Positions 1 through 10,094 of a stretch of 64,000 nucleotides of DNA are shown piece by piece. Position 1 is the stretch's first letter, and each line of letters opens with the position of its first letter. The notes beneath the pieces were generated by a model. It saw only the letters and a program-made list of their open reading frames with translations, had not been told where the DNA came from and did no database searches. Source of the DNA: a virus; the IMG/VR virus record IMGVR_UViG_3300022555_000010, positions 32,001 through 96,000 of that record; one strand, written 5' to 3'. A program made the translations under genes and the position numbers.

Positions 1-125
1 AGGATAATGGATAAATGTGACGAGAGGTTTTCCCTGTGTCTGGATTGTGATTTACATAATCATTGTAAGCGATATTGTAATCACCGGGACGAGGCAGAGA
101 AGAAGGGTGAAGGGAATGGAATATT

Positions 126-467
126 ATGAAACCTTGTGAAAACTGTAAGGACAAAGAGACTTGTGCTATTCCTTGCCGGGAATTGCTGATTTATAAGGAT
201 GAAAGTCCGGAGATCAACCTGTTGAGGAAACAACTCACGGAGGCCGAGGAACGGGTCCTGGAGGCTGATAAGCGGCAAAACAGACTCAACGGGGAGTATA
301 TTGAGGCTGTTCACGATCTGGTCGCCAAACACGAAGCAGAGGTGCTTCTATTGAATCGGAAGATGGAGATTGTCAAACAATCTCTGTGGAAGATCATCCG
401 GGGTAGTAATGAATTGCCGTATCAAACCGCTGAGACAGCATTGAAAGATGTTGAGGCATGCAAATGA
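126..467 (+). CDS. hypothetical protein (N-terminal Cys cluster, coiled coil)
   Basis: ORF; stop overlaps next ATG. Confidence 0.6.
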   Translation: MKPCENCKDKETCAIPCRELLIYKDESPEINLLRKQLTEAEERVLEADKRQNRLNGEYIEAVHDLVAKHEAEVLLLNRKMEIVKQSLWKIIRGSNELPYQTAETALKDVEACK

Positions 468-820
468 GTGATGAACGTTTAACTGAAGGCATGATAAAAA
501 AGGGTGGAGTAAACGAAAAGCCGATAAGTCCAAAAAAGGACATTAGACCACCAGCACAATGTCCCCCAGCAATACCGACGATGGCTGAATCATTGGACAA
601 AATGGAAGAACTGATGGCTATGTTGACGTTGAAGGTCAACAGTTTGCAGTCAAATATCCGACTAATTATTACGCAACGAGATATACTGAGGGAACGGGTA
701 AGTAAACTTGAAGAAGAATGCCAGGGATTAAGGGATTTGACTTGTCCTCATTGTGCGTCATTGGCGAGTCGAGATGGTGAGATCCTGGCATTGAAGATCA
801 AATTGGGAGACATAAAATGA
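464..820 (+). CDS. hypothetical coiled-coil protein
   Basis: ORF with ATGA coupling at both ends. Confidence 0.6.
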   Translation: MSDERLTEGMIKKGGVNEKPISPKKDIRPPAQCPPAIPTMAESLDKMEELMAMLTLKVNSLQSNIRLIITQRDILRERVSKLEEECQGLRDLTCPHCASLASRDGEILALKIKLGDIK

Positions 821-998
821 TTGAATATCTTAAAAGGATGTTTTGCCGGCATGGTGCGATGGAAGTCATAACAGACATGGAATGGGTTAATCAAGGTGCC
901 TGCTGTGGATCAGTATGTCAGGAGCAACGGAAATATATGATTTGTAAGAAATGTGGATATAAGCGGAAGATATCCAATCGGTGACAAGTGAAGGAGGA

Positions 999-1214
999 AT
1001 GACAATGGAAGCGTATCAGGAACGAGTAATTGAAGAGAAGAACCAGTTGGATGAGAAGATCGGGAAACTGATGGACTTCATCGAGGGTCGGGATTTCTCC
1101 AGGAAAATCACTCTGGCAGAACAGAAGCGTATGCGTCGTCAGGAAATGATCATGGAACTCTATTCCGAAGTCCTGGCAGACCGGATCAAACACTTTACAA
1201 TGATTTCACACTGA
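999..1214 (+). CDS. small phage protein, crAss001_48-like
   Basis: AGGAGG SD before ATG 999; pattern YQERVIEEKxQLDEKIxKL...MxxYSxxLxxRI. Confidence 0.6.
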   Translation: MTMEAYQERVIEEKNQLDEKIGKLMDFIEGRDFSRKITLAEQKRMRRQEMIMELYSEVLADRIKHFTMISH

Positions 1215-1770
1215 TTTGATAATTCACAAGGCGAAACAATGAGCACACATCCAAGAACTGATGCTATCACTTACGGCTGTTCGTTTTCGCCATGGAATCA
1301 AAAGGTTGTCAATCATGCCAATACTCTCGAAGAAGAATTGGCTGCTATGACTCTTAGGGCAGAGAAGGCGGAGCAGAAGGCTACAGCAGCCAGGAAAGCA
1401 CTTGTGGAAGCCTCTATGGCAATGCCAGGAGATAATATGGAGGAGTTCCTTGACGATGTCCTGACAGGCATTGCTGAAATGGACTCTATACAATAATCCA
1501 TATTAATGATAACCTCTTCTTCCAATTAGTCATTGGGAGAAGGGTATGTCAGACTTTGATAGCACACAAGGATGCGTAACCAACGAAGGTTATGCGATGA
1601 TCATGTTTCTATTGGTCGTGGCATGTTTCGCCGTGCCCATCCTACTTGCCTTGGCAGTTGTCTCTGCCGTTCTCGCATTTTGTTCCATACCCATTTTAAT
1701 GATCATCGTCTCCCTGAGATGGCTAATAACCTGGTGGAAAGGTGAAATAGTCAAATAAGGGGGACTTCCA

Positions 1771-2088
1771 ATGTGTGATATGAGACAGACGGATAAGGAT
1801 GAGTATCGCAGGCTATTGGATGAAATCGGAGAGGATTACTGTAAAGCTGGAACCTATTGTATTTTCAAGGAATTCTTAATCGCTGCACATCCGTCCAGGC
1901 GTCTCCTTGTCCAACTCAAGGCGACCGATAAATTCAAATTTGAGAGAAGTGCCAAAGAAGGTAAGAACATTGGTTGGGAACTGGCGATGAAGCTCTGGGT
2001 ATCTGAGGGACACGCCGAACATTTCGCAGATGCTTATACAGATAAGAAACGATTCAGGGACATATACAGGGAGACAATGAGACAATGA
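1771..2088 (+). CDS. hypothetical protein
   Basis: ORF with SD; ATGA overlap with next gene. Confidence 0.6.
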   Translation: MCDMRQTDKDEYRRLLDEIGEDYCKAGTYCIFKEFLIAAHPSRRLLVQLKATDKFKFERSAKEGKNIGWELAMKLWVSEGHAEHFADAYTDKKRFRDIYRETMRQ

Positions 2089-2360
2089 AAACTATACAGA
2101 ATCTTTTAGGAGTCTTGGTTTGTTCTTTATTGATGGGTTGTGCTACGGGCATATCATTTATGATGGAACCTGACGGGGTCTACCCGGCAACAAAGATTGA
2201 TTGTTTATATATCACTGAGGAAGTCCCGGCAGAATGGTCTTATGACAAGAGACTGGTCGCATTGGATTTACCAATTATCATTCTTGACTTCCCCGTCTCA
2301 ATCGTGCTGGATACAGTAATGTTTCCATATGATCTATTTTTCAGAAGGGTAAAGGAATGA
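2085..2360 (+). CDS. YceK/YidQ-like lipoprotein
   Basis: signal peptide with lipobox LMGC; GVYxxT and ILDFPVSIVLDTVMFPYD motifs. Confidence 0.7.
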   Translation: MKTIQNLLGVLVCSLLMGCATGISFMMEPDGVYPATKIDCLYITEEVPAEWSYDKRLVALDLPIIILDFPVSIVLDTVMFPYDLFFRRVKE

Positions 2361-2731
2361 CAAACGCACAACAGGCATTGGCAAAGAAACACGGCTCACC
2401 TCAAGAATTCGAAAGAGCCTGCTTCGCAGCAACCAATTCAGGGACAATAACCCTGGATGAGATGATTGACGGGGTAAACCGTTACAGGGATGAATGGGCC
2501 AAAGCAGGTAAACCAGAAGACTTTATCAAGACAGTCCTTAAACGTGCCGGCTTGGATAAGGAAGAAATAGATGTTGTGATGGCTCTAAGGAATAAGTCTG
2601 GGGATACCCTGGCGACAGCCGCTGACCGGGCAAGAAACTTGATGGATCTCCAGGCAGGATGTGGCTTGTCAGATACGGCTGTGGCGAACACTTATCGAGA
2701 CATCATCGGGAAACTCATAGGCTTCTATTGA
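2357..2731 (+). CDS. hypothetical protein; N-terminus similar to the following small ORF (TNxQxxLxxxxGxPxEF)
   Basis: ORF with ATGA overlap. Confidence 0.55.
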   Translation: MTNAQQALAKKHGSPQEFERACFAATNSGTITLDEMIDGVNRYRDEWAKAGKPEDFIKTVLKRAGLDKEEIDVVMALRNKSGDTLATAADRARNLMDLQAGCGLSDTAVANTYRDIIGKLIGFY

Positions 2732-3778
2732 CAAACAAGCAACGAGGTTTGGTCGCTCAGTTTGGTAAGCCCGAGGAATTCAACAAGGCAATTCAAAAGG
2801 TCGCCAGAAAATCAATGACAATTCGTGATGCCAATCACGCAATACGATCCTATAAGGTGATGTGGAAGAAAGCAGGGGAAAAGGAATGAAGAAATATAGA
2901 GTCATTGAACCTTTATTCGGACCTGTGTGCTCTACTTGCCTGAGAAGAAGGCAATATCTGGCTACCGGCTGGCTCTGGTGGAAGAAAACAGGATGGTACT
3001 GCGATTGTAATTGGCCATTTAAAAAGTCAAAGAAGTCCTGATCCGGCGTATAATGGGGAATGAAGAAGTTCCTGAAATCAATTTTAATGTGGCTATGTAA
3101 GCGGGGAATACATCCCTATTACACCACTCAATATATTGAATGTGGCTGTTTTGCCATTCGATGCCCCGTATGTGGAGAATCCGACTATGACAACCCCAAC
3201 CCTCTCTAAAATTAAAGATCCTAATTCTTGTTCAAACTGTGTGTCTCTGAGATGGGGACCAGAAGAAGGCTGGGATAAATGTGAGAAGCATGGAATTGGT
3301 GTCTATTGGGCGGATAAAGCCAAACAGATCTGTAGTGATCATAAGAGATCCAACTTAAAAGACCCCAGGAACCCAGAACCCGTCATCGAATCATTTGATG
3401 ATTGGTTCAAGTCAACCAAACATTATGGTTGTCCGAGACATAATGATTTCTATGATGTTATGGAACAAGCCTGGAATGCGGCTCTAAAACACGGAGTAAA
3501 GAAATGAATATCACTCAATCAAAACTTAAAGAACTGGAACAAGCAATCCTGAAGGAAATCAATCGAGTCAGATTGGAACTGAGCGATTCTCTTTCCGAAT
3601 CAGATGACTTGGTCTTAGCCCAGGTCATAGACAAAATTTGGCAAAAACAACTCGGTATCATTACATCGAAAGAATAAATTATGGCTATCCCACATTTCAA
3701 ATTACCAGAACATAAACTCTTTCTCTATAGACTTGCTCGACATAAATACGAAGAGATGTGGAATAAGAGGAAGGACAC

Positions 3779-4453
3779 ATGGATAAACTGCAAATGGTCG
3801 ATCTCAATCTCGTTCTGAAGGCGATCGATGAGGAAAAGGAATTCCCCGGTGATATGCCTGACGTTATGAAACAAGCGATGGGCGGGAATACCACATTAAT
3901 CCAGAAAGCCTTGAGGTCTGCTGTATCCCTTACCAAAAGGAGTATCCAGAAGAGGATTGTAACCCAAATCGAGGCGTCATTACCCGGTTGTGGGGGCAAT
4001 TGCACCTGTGATAAGACTCCCAAACCCTTCAAGATTGAACTCTATCAACAGGATTGGACACCAGGGTTCGCTGCCTTCAACGACGATGGCTCCATCCAGG
4101 CAGGGGCTCCCGCTCATATCTCCCTGGATATCGGGGCCTTCATGAGCATCCTGGACACTGAGGAAATCAGTAAACAGGACTTACCTTATGTCATAGCCGA
4201 TTCAATCATGCACGAAATCATTCATGCCTTGGAATCCTGGGCCAGTGTCGAATTCAATGAGGAGAAGGTTGAGGGGCTTTTGGATAAATACCGGGAGAAA
4301 TACCGGAATACCCCACCACCGGTATCAGATGAGGCGATCACAAAAGACTGTTCTTCCTGTAAAAAGAAGTTCACGGGCGGAACAGATAGCTGTGTCCCGG
4401 CACCTGTGGGGATCTCAGGCTTCGAGGCTTGTGATAATTGGGAACAAAAATGA
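3779..4453 (+). CDS. HExxH-containing hypothetical protein (zincin-like)
   Basis: SD GGAAGG; IMHEIIHALE motif. Confidence 0.55.
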   Translation: MDKLQMVDLNLVLKAIDEEKEFPGDMPDVMKQAMGGNTTLIQKALRSAVSLTKRSIQKRIVTQIEASLPGCGGNCTCDKTPKPFKIELYQQDWTPGFAAFNDDGSIQAGAPAHISLDIGAFMSILDTEEISKQDLPYVIADSIMHEIIHALESWASVEFNEEKVEGLLDKYREKYRNTPPPVSDEAITKDCSSCKKKFTGGTDSCVPAPVGISGFEACDNWEQK

Positions 4454-4923
4454 GGAAGAAAGTGGATTGGACTATTCCAAGGATAAGACCTAATGATTAC
4501 TCATATCTGATTAGATTACGAGACCTCGATGTTTGGAAGAAATGGGCAATAAATATATCCGGATTGGAAAATCTCGAAATCGAGGCCAGAAAGTTTTCAA
4601 AAAAAGATGAAAATACCCATATGTGGGTTCGATGTGGTTCTAAGAAAATCTTTGTTAATGAGAACATCATTGGTAATCAGGCCTTCAGACTTCCAGACTT
4701 AAGGGCCTTCTTATTACATGAGTTGGGACATTTAATAGGTAAAAATCGATTGAATAGCGAATATGTTGCTCATAAATGGGCAATCAAGAAAGCCAAACAA
4801 TTGGGACTATTAATGGAATTGAGGAAATTACAAGTTCTGGCTCTTGGATGGAACGGAGGACCAGATATGGAAATAGAATATCGAGTAGCTGAAAAGAAAT
4901 TGTTGAAACAGGGACTATTATGA
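4450..4923 (+). CDS. putative metallopeptidase-like protein (HExxH)
   Basis: LLHELGH followed by SEYVAH. Confidence 0.55.
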   Translation: MRKKVDWTIPRIRPNDYSYLIRLRDLDVWKKWAINISGLENLEIEARKFSKKDENTHMWVRCGSKKIFVNENIIGNQAFRLPDLRAFLLHELGHLIGKNRLNSEYVAHKWAIKKAKQLGLLMELRKLQVLALGWNGGPDMEIEYRVAEKKLLKQGLL

Positions 4924-5205
4924 CTTTTTGCACCCATGGTTATAAATGCCCAAAATGCGGATCTTCGGCTATCCAGATGAAAAAAAGAATTGTGGTGCGA
5001 TATCTCTCAAATCTGGACTCGAAACCCTAATTTATCATCACACGTAAATATCACCGTTAAAGTCGGAAAGTCGAAAATCTTTCTGGAAGATACAGATAAT
5101 CTTTATTGCGGGGGATGTGGCTATTTAAGTGAATCAACAGCCTTTAAGTGGAACCCAGGACCCATAGGCTCTATCCCGGTAACAGCAGAAAAAGAGGTAG
5201 CATGA
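4920..5205 (+). pseudogene. tag-array zinc-ribbon gene frameshifted at A7 (4980-4986)
   Basis: MTFCTHGYKCPKCGS...MKK joins ELWCD...PIGSIPVTAEKEVA if one A is removed; matches the architecture of the next paralog. Confidence 0.7.
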
Positions 5206-5543
5206 GTGCCAGTTACAGTTATCAAGGATGGAAATGCCCCAAATGCGGTAGCGAGAACCTGGGAGTGACTGTCGAATTGGAATGTCGCCTCGAACAAACC
5301 GAATTTACAAATCCTGAAGGTTATGTCGGGAATGATTACCATGTGGAACCCCCATTCTCGGGGAACGGGGGTATGACCAAAACTTCACCAATGTCCTGTC
5401 ATAATTGCGGATATCAGGCCACGGTTGAAGCATTTGAGTGGATTAAAGGCCCAGAAGGATCTATCACGGCAACAGCAGAAGTCGCAATATGTGACGACTT
5501 AACCCCTCAATCAAGTCTTAATGTGTCATATATGACGCATTAA
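5202..5543 (+). CDS. tag-array protein (CPKC..CHNC; PEGSITATAE)
   Basis: ORF, tag, ATGA overlap. Confidence 0.75.
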   Translation: MSASYSYQGWKCPKCGSENLGVTVELECRLEQTEFTNPEGYVGNDYHVEPPFSGNGGMTKTSPMSCHNCGYQATVEAFEWIKGPEGSITATAEVAICDDLTPQSSLNVSYMTH

Positions 5544-5562
5544 AGACACCTGTGTCAATTAT

Positions 5563-5757
5563 ATGAGTCATTATCCATTGATCAGATGCCCAAAATGTTT
5601 CAGTCATGAATTGGATTTGAGAGGTGATCCGAAACATAGTAATTATACGGTATACCAATGCCTGAAATGCGGTAATGATGGTTCGAATATCGAATTCTCA
5701 GTTAATAACCCGGAAGGCTGTATCGCAGTAAATCAGGGCGAGGATGTTAAAGAATGA
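5563..5757 (+). CDS. tag-array zinc-ribbon protein
   Basis: CPKC..CLKC; PEGCIAVNQGED. Confidence 0.8.
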   Translation: MSHYPLIRCPKCFSHELDLRGDPKHSNYTVYQCLKCGNDGSNIEFSVNNPEGCIAVNQGEDVKE

Positions 5758-5954
5758 AATCCGGGAAACATAGATGCCATAACTGTATGGGAGATGTCTT
5801 CTGGGACGGAACTCGAAGACAGCCTGTTAAATATATCCTCAAATGCGTCAAATGCGGTCAAACAGGCAATTATCTAACCTTCCTTGATAATACCCCAAAA
5901 GGATGTTTCCTGGTCAGAGAGGAACAAGACGAATTATGCCTCACTTTACCTTAA
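5754..5954 (+). CDS. tag-array zinc-ribbon protein
   Basis: CHNC..CVKC; PKGCFLVREEQDE. Confidence 0.8.
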   Translation: MKSGKHRCHNCMGDVFWDGTRRQPVKYILKCVKCGQTGNYLTFLDNTPKGCFLVREEQDELCLTLP

Positions 5955-6136
5955 AATTAAGATGTCCATATTGTCTATTCAGAATCTTCCACCTCGCTAT
6001 CGTCCAGGATGCATTGGAGATCGAGCCGCAATACGAATGCCAGGGATGCGGTTATACAGATATCTCTGAAAATCTCTACGATAATACCCCAAAAGGATGT
6101 ATCGCAGTGACAATGGGGGAGGACGTAAAAGAATGA
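5936..6136 (+). CDS. tag-array zinc-ribbon protein
   Basis: CPYC..CQGC; PKGCIAVTMGED. Confidence 0.8.
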   Translation: MPHFTLKLRCPYCLFRIFHLAIVQDALEIEPQYECQGCGYTDISENLYDNTPKGCIAVTMGEDVKE

Positions 6137-6306
6137 ATTACCGATGCCCCAAATGTAATGAAACCGAATTTAAAGAGGCGAATATTATGTCCAACGGGAG
6201 ACGAGTAGTCGAATGCCGTAATTGTGGATTTGAAGATTTCGATTTCTGGATGATTGACCTCATCCCGGAAGGCACTATCCCAGTAAGACAGGAAAGGGAT
6301 ATTTAA
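6133..6306 (+). CDS. tag-array zinc-ribbon protein
   Basis: CPKC..CRNC; PEGTIPVRQERD. Confidence 0.8.
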   Translation: MNYRCPKCNETEFKEANIMSNGRRVVECRNCGFEDFDFWMIDLIPEGTIPVRQERDI

Positions 6307-6501
6307 ATGGCTCACTTTATCTTAGGCGTCAAATGTCCCAAATGTCTCTCGCATTCTATTCAGGTGTCAGATATCCAATCCTGGGAAAGAGGAAGACTCT
6401 GGGAATGCACAAATTGCCATTATGACGACGTCGAACAAACCTTTATCCAAAATGAACCAAAAGGCTGTATCACCGTAACAGCAGGAAAAGACGTGGAATG
6501 A
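6307..6501 (+). CDS. tag-array zinc-ribbon protein
   Basis: CPKC..CTNC; PKGCITVTAGKD. Confidence 0.8.
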   Translation: MAHFILGVKCPKCLSHSIQVSDIQSWERGRLWECTNCHYDDVEQTFIQNEPKGCITVTAGKDVE

Positions 6502-6740
6502 CTATCAGTACCGTCAAAATTACACAATTAAATGGAAAGATTAAAATCAGCCAATTAAGATGTCTTTCATGTGGGAACACGGGATTTGATAAAATGATCA
6601 AAAAAGTGCCTATGATTCAATTGTCCACATTGGACGTCCAATTGAAATGTAATCATTGTGGCCAATTAGGGGATATGTGGATCTTCAGGGATAAAACCCC
6701 TCCAGGTACTATCCCGGTCAACAGGGAAAGGGATATATGA
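6498..6740 (+). CDS. tag-array zinc-ribbon protein
   Basis: CLSC..CNHC; PPGTIPVNRERD. Confidence 0.8.
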   Translation: MTISTVKITQLNGKIKISQLRCLSCGNTGFDKMIKKVPMIQLSTLDVQLKCNHCGQLGDMWIFRDKTPPGTIPVNRERDI

Positions 6741-6928
6741 TCCGAGTCATCAGATGCCCCATTTGTCTGAGCCACCGTCTCTCCCGAGATATCCCATTGA
6801 AATTCATGGATTATAAATCCAGGTGGAAATGTAAGGATTGCAATTATGAGGATACCGATGATAACTTCATCGTGAATTGTGCCCCAGGATGCATTACCGT
6901 ATCAAGAGGCGAGGACGTAATAAAATGA
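6737..6928 (+). CDS. tag-array zinc-ribbon protein
   Basis: CPIC..CKDC; APGCITVSRGED. Confidence 0.8.
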   Translation: MIRVIRCPICLSHRLSRDIPLKFMDYKSRWKCKDCNYEDTDDNFIVNCAPGCITVSRGEDVIK

Positions 6929-7250
6929 AAAGATTAAAAGAAATCATGGTTGCCTATCTCAAATTAAATTGGTATCTATTAACCCAAGGCATGTGGAAAG
7001 GCGAATGCGGCTATACCGTCCAACACCAAAATAATCACATCGTTAAAATCGCCGCAGTTAAAGGCTCTATCCGCAATTTCACCTTCCAAGTAATGAAAAC
7101 CTTCTATGAGGAACAATAATGAATAAAAGAAATCACTATAACCAGCCGTCCCCTAAAGAATTCATCATCTTTATCATTATCCTCTTCCTCATTGTGAAAT
7201 TGGGCTGCATGGGATTGGATAAATTGTTGTTGAAATAAAAGGAGTCAATT

Positions 7251-7781
7251 ATGAATTGGTTCAAATGCCTGGAGAAGATTAACGACGTCTCAATATCACC
7301 CTTAGATCAGTTTATGGATAATCGAGGCTGGCTCGCAGAAATATATCGGGAAGATACTACCCCAACTTCCCTCCTCCCCAAAATGGCCTATGTCTCAATC
7401 ACTAAGCCAGGAGTCGTCAGAGGCCCTCACCAACATACTCAACAATCAGACTTATTCGCCTTTGTCTATGGAATATGGTGGGTTAAACTCTGGGACGTCC
7501 GACAAGACTCTCCAACCTATAAGACTATCATGAGATTCAAACTCACGATCCCAGCCGTCGTCATCGTACCCCCAGGCGTCGTCCACGCTTACGGTAACGC
7601 CCATTACAAAAAGAATGGCATCGTCTTCAACCTCCCGAACCAACTCTTCAAAGGCCAAGGCAAGAAAAACCCGGTAGACGAAATCAGACACGAAGAGAAT
7701 CCAGCCTTCAATACAGACGATATCTCAAACCAACATTGGATCTCCCAATTCTGGGCTCTACAAACCTATATCCAATCATAA
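7251..7781 (+). CDS. dTDP-4-dehydrorhamnose 3,5-epimerase-like cupin (RmlC family)
   Basis: DNRGWLAEIYR, VVRGPHQH, LWDVRQDSPT and VPPGVVHAY motifs; SD AGGAG. Confidence 0.85.
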   Translation: MNWFKCLEKINDVSISPLDQFMDNRGWLAEIYREDTTPTSLLPKMAYVSITKPGVVRGPHQHTQQSDLFAFVYGIWWVKLWDVRQDSPTYKTIMRFKLTIPAVVIVPPGVVHAYGNAHYKKNGIVFNLPNQLFKGQGKKNPVDEIRHEENPAFNTDDISNQHWISQFWALQTYIQS

Positions 7782-7787
7782 ACAGCA

Positions 7788-7864
7788 CACCCGTGTAATA
7801 CCTCTTTTCTTCCCCCTACATATAATACTAAAGAAATTTCTGCACTTTCCCCACCCGTGTAATA
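7788..7864 (+). repeat. 13-bp direct repeat CACCCGTGTAATA x2
   Basis: copies at 7788-7800 and 7852-7864. Confidence 0.85.
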
Positions 7865-8016
7865 TCGAGGAATAGCCATATTTTCCAGAAGGTAGGGAAA
7901 GAGGTGGAAATGGGTTGAGCAGTATAGGGACATACATGCACGATAACATAGATACTGTTACATAGACATATAGAGAGTTATATACAGGGATAGACATATG
8001 ACTGCTTACCAGGTAA

Positions 8017-8124
8017 CAAGATGAAAATGATATGAAACCAAGATGAAAATGATATGAAACCAAGATGAAAATGATAGCAACCAAGATGAAAATAATATGA
8101 AACCAAGATGAAAATGATAGCAAC
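8017..8124 (+). repeat. five tandem 21-22 bp repeats CAAGATGAAAAT(G/A)ATA(TGA/GC)AAC, iteron-like
   Basis: units start at 8017, 8039, 8061, 8082 and 8104; no spacers. Confidence 0.95.
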
Positions 8125-8230
8125 CCGACAGAGAATTTTCCCATTCCTCTCCACAGAATTTTCACTCCAATTCTTGTTACGGGACAGAAACACTTCCAAC
8201 AGTTCCATATGGTCGGCGATGTAGGGGCCT

Positions 8231-8303
8231 TGAAATAGGACAGCTATGAAAATAACGGAAGGCAAGTGCCTTGTGGGGGCCTGTTCTATGAGCCAGGATT
8301 TTT
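8231..8303 (+). repeat. bipartite element TGAAATAGGACAGCTATG-N39-ATGAGCCAGGATTTTT, copy 1
   Basis: identical boxes and spacing at 16479-16551. Confidence 0.85.
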
Positions 8304-8337
8304 TGAAAATTCGATTTTGCGATTTTGGGGTAAAAGG

Positions 8338-8508
8338 ATGAATAATGACATGGCGTTAATGATCTCATTGCAATTTTGTGATGGGTGTCGCAAAAAGGTG
8401 GATATAAGGGTGGGGTTATCAGCAGACAGATGGGGGAGGAAGTGGAATATCTGTCCGAGATGTGGTGGGACAGGGCATATTGGGAAAATGATTGGGTATC
8501 TGGGGTAG
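8338..8508 (+). CDS. small zinc-ribbon protein, tagless paralog of 8552 and 9128
   Basis: CDGCRKKVDIRV...CPRCGG. Confidence 0.6.
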   Translation: MNNDMALMISLQFCDGCRKKVDIRVGLSADRWGRKWNICPRCGGTGHIGKMIGYLG

Positions 8509-8551
8509 AGGGGTGCATATTTGTGGCTGATGAAATAAATGTGAGGAATTA

Positions 8552-8941
8552 ATGGGGAGTGGGTTTCAATTCAGCAAAGTGGTGACGACGGCGGAATTAT
8601 ATTGTGCCAAGTGTCGGGAAGTGGTGGACATACGGGTGGACATATCGAAGGATCGGTGTGTGGAGTGGACAGAGTGTCCGAGATGTCATGGGAATTCGAC
8701 GACCTGGAAGAATTCGAATAAGCCTGGGGACACGGTTGGGAGTATTTATGTGGTAGACGAGGAGAATTACCATCAGGATTATCAGAGGATGGCACCACAA
8801 TTTCGGGGGAATCGTGTGGGAGGATCTTGTAGGGAGTGTGGGAACTGCGATAAATGTACGGTACATTCGACAGATGGGTGGGCAAGTTGTTGGTGGCCGA
8901 AGGGAAGTATTATTGTGATGGAGGAGCGTGAGGAGGGATAA
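8552..8941 (+). CDS. tag-array protein, two Cys modules
   Basis: CWWPKGSIIVMEERE; internal tag-like VGSIYVVDEE. Confidence 0.8.
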   Translation: MGSGFQFSKVVTTAELYCAKCREVVDIRVDISKDRCVEWTECPRCHGNSTTWKNSNKPGDTVGSIYVVDEENYHQDYQRMAPQFRGNRVGGSCRECGNCDKCTVHSTDGWASCWWPKGSIIVMEEREEG

Positions 8942-8944
8942 AAG

Positions 8945-9121
8945 ATGGTAGAATTCAAACCATGTAGGACTTGTGGGTATCGGCCATATGACAATTACAA
9001 GTTATCGGATGATGGGTGTAACCGGGAATTTATTACAAAGGGAGGGAAAGACTGTTGGGTTCCGGAAGGGAGCATTGGGATTTCGGATGAGCAGCCAGTA
9101 ATTGAGACAATTGGGGTATAA
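8945..9121 (+). CDS. tag-array protein (58 aa, not in ORF track)
   Basis: MVEFKPCRTC...CWVPEGSIGISDE. Confidence 0.75.
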   Translation: MVEFKPCRTCGYRPYDNYKLSDDGCNREFITKGGKDCWVPEGSIGISDEQPVIETIGV

Positions 9122-9127
9122 TGGGGG

Positions 9128-9337
9128 ATGGACGATGAGATTAAATATTTCAAATTATGGTGTTATGACTGTAAGAGGTGGGCAGACATACGGATGTCAG
9201 TAGATTTGGAGGGGAAGGAATTAGCAGGGGTGACGAGCTGTTCGATATGTAAAGGGAAGGATACGAGATGGCTCTTTAGTTTTACGGGGGCGTCCAAGGA
9301 GGGGTGCATATTTGTGACGGGGAGTCGGGATGAGTAA
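9128..9337 (+). CDS. tag-array protein
   Basis: CYDC..CSIC; KEGCIFVTGSRDE. Confidence 0.75.
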   Translation: MDDEIKYFKLWCYDCKRWADIRMSVDLEGKELAGVTSCSICKGKDTRWLFSFTGASKEGCIFVTGSRDE

Positions 9338-9537
9338 TAATGAATTAAAGAGATGTGGGACGTGTGAAGCGTATAAGGATTGGAATCGTGAAGGGGGATT
9401 TGGAGGAGCAGGGATGAAGAGGTGTTCCTTGCATTTAAGAGCGTTGGGGGGGGATATCTGAAGAATGTAGGCGGACGAGGATACATTGGCACCCGGTAGG
9501 GACGGTAAGGGTTGAGGGAGAGCGGGATGAGTTTTAA
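9330..9537 (+). pseudogene. tag-array gene frameshifted at G8 (9446-9453)
   Basis: G7 restores MSNNELKRCGTC...IHWHPVGTVRVEGERDEF. Confidence 0.7.
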
Positions 9538-9711
9538 ATTGGATGAATTAAAGAGGTGCGGGACTTGTGGGAGTTATCGTGGGGGATCACGTCAGAGAAT
9601 CAGTGTCAGAGGGGATTGATGGGGTTGGGGGTTTGTATGAATGATGGGAAGGGGAGGATTTATTGGCATCCGGTGGGAATGATAAGGGTGGAGGAAGAAA
9701 GGGATGAGTAA
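9527..9711 (+). pseudogene. tag-array gene frameshifted at G5 (9581-9585)
   Basis: G6 restores MSFKLDELKRCGTC...IYWHPVGMIRVEEERDE. Confidence 0.7.
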
Positions 9712-9943
9712 GGGCTTGGAGGGATGTAAGGCCTGTGAGACTTGTGGGGATTATTTGGAATGGGAGACGATATTGGTTGCAAGGAAATGGATCTGTACCA
9801 GTGGAATAATTTTTACGGGAGTGTGTATTCAGGATGGCAGGATTTATTGGCATCCGGTGGGGACGATAAGAGTTATGGGGGAGCAAGATGACATTTCAAA
9901 AGATGAGAACGATGGCATTAATTCAGAGGAGTGCCGGGGGTAA
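9704..9943 (+). CDS. tag-array protein
   Basis: YWHPVGTIRVMGEQD. Confidence 0.8.
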   Translation: MSKGLEGCKACETCGDYLEWETILVARKWICTSGIIFTGVCIQDGRIYWHPVGTIRVMGEQDDISKDENDGINSEECRG

Positions 9944-10094
9944 GGTTCCGCCGATAGAGGGGGGAGGGTGTCAGGAGTGTCAGGTTTTTTATGATGGGTG
10001 TAACAGTCTTCAGAGTCGGGAGGAGATATTGACTTGTTTTGTAGCATTGGGGTGTATCAAGGTTATTAGAGAGCAGGATGCAGAGTCAGTTTAA
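9888..10094 (+). CDS. tag-array protein
   Basis: CFVALGCIKVIREQD. Confidence 0.75.
   Translation: MTFQKMRTMALIQRSAGGKVPPIEGGGCQECQVFYDGCNSLQSREEILTCFVALGCIKVIREQDAESV

Larger units (their letters stand above)
7782..8330. other. putative replication origin / non-coding control region
   Basis: only long gene-free gap; GC-skew inversion; direct repeats; iteron-like tandem repeats; AT-rich stretch. Confidence 0.6.

Noticed and set aside
8017-8124. CRISPR array
   Set aside because: Repeats abut with no unique spacers, and no cas genes are in the window
7776-8265. Hydrophobic minus-strand ORFs over the repeats
   Set aside because: Translation of non-triplet 21/22-bp repeats; no coding signals
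8231-8303. Mini-CRISPR (repeat-39 nt spacer-repeat)
   Set aside because: The two flanking boxes are different sequences, and the copies are 8 kb apart
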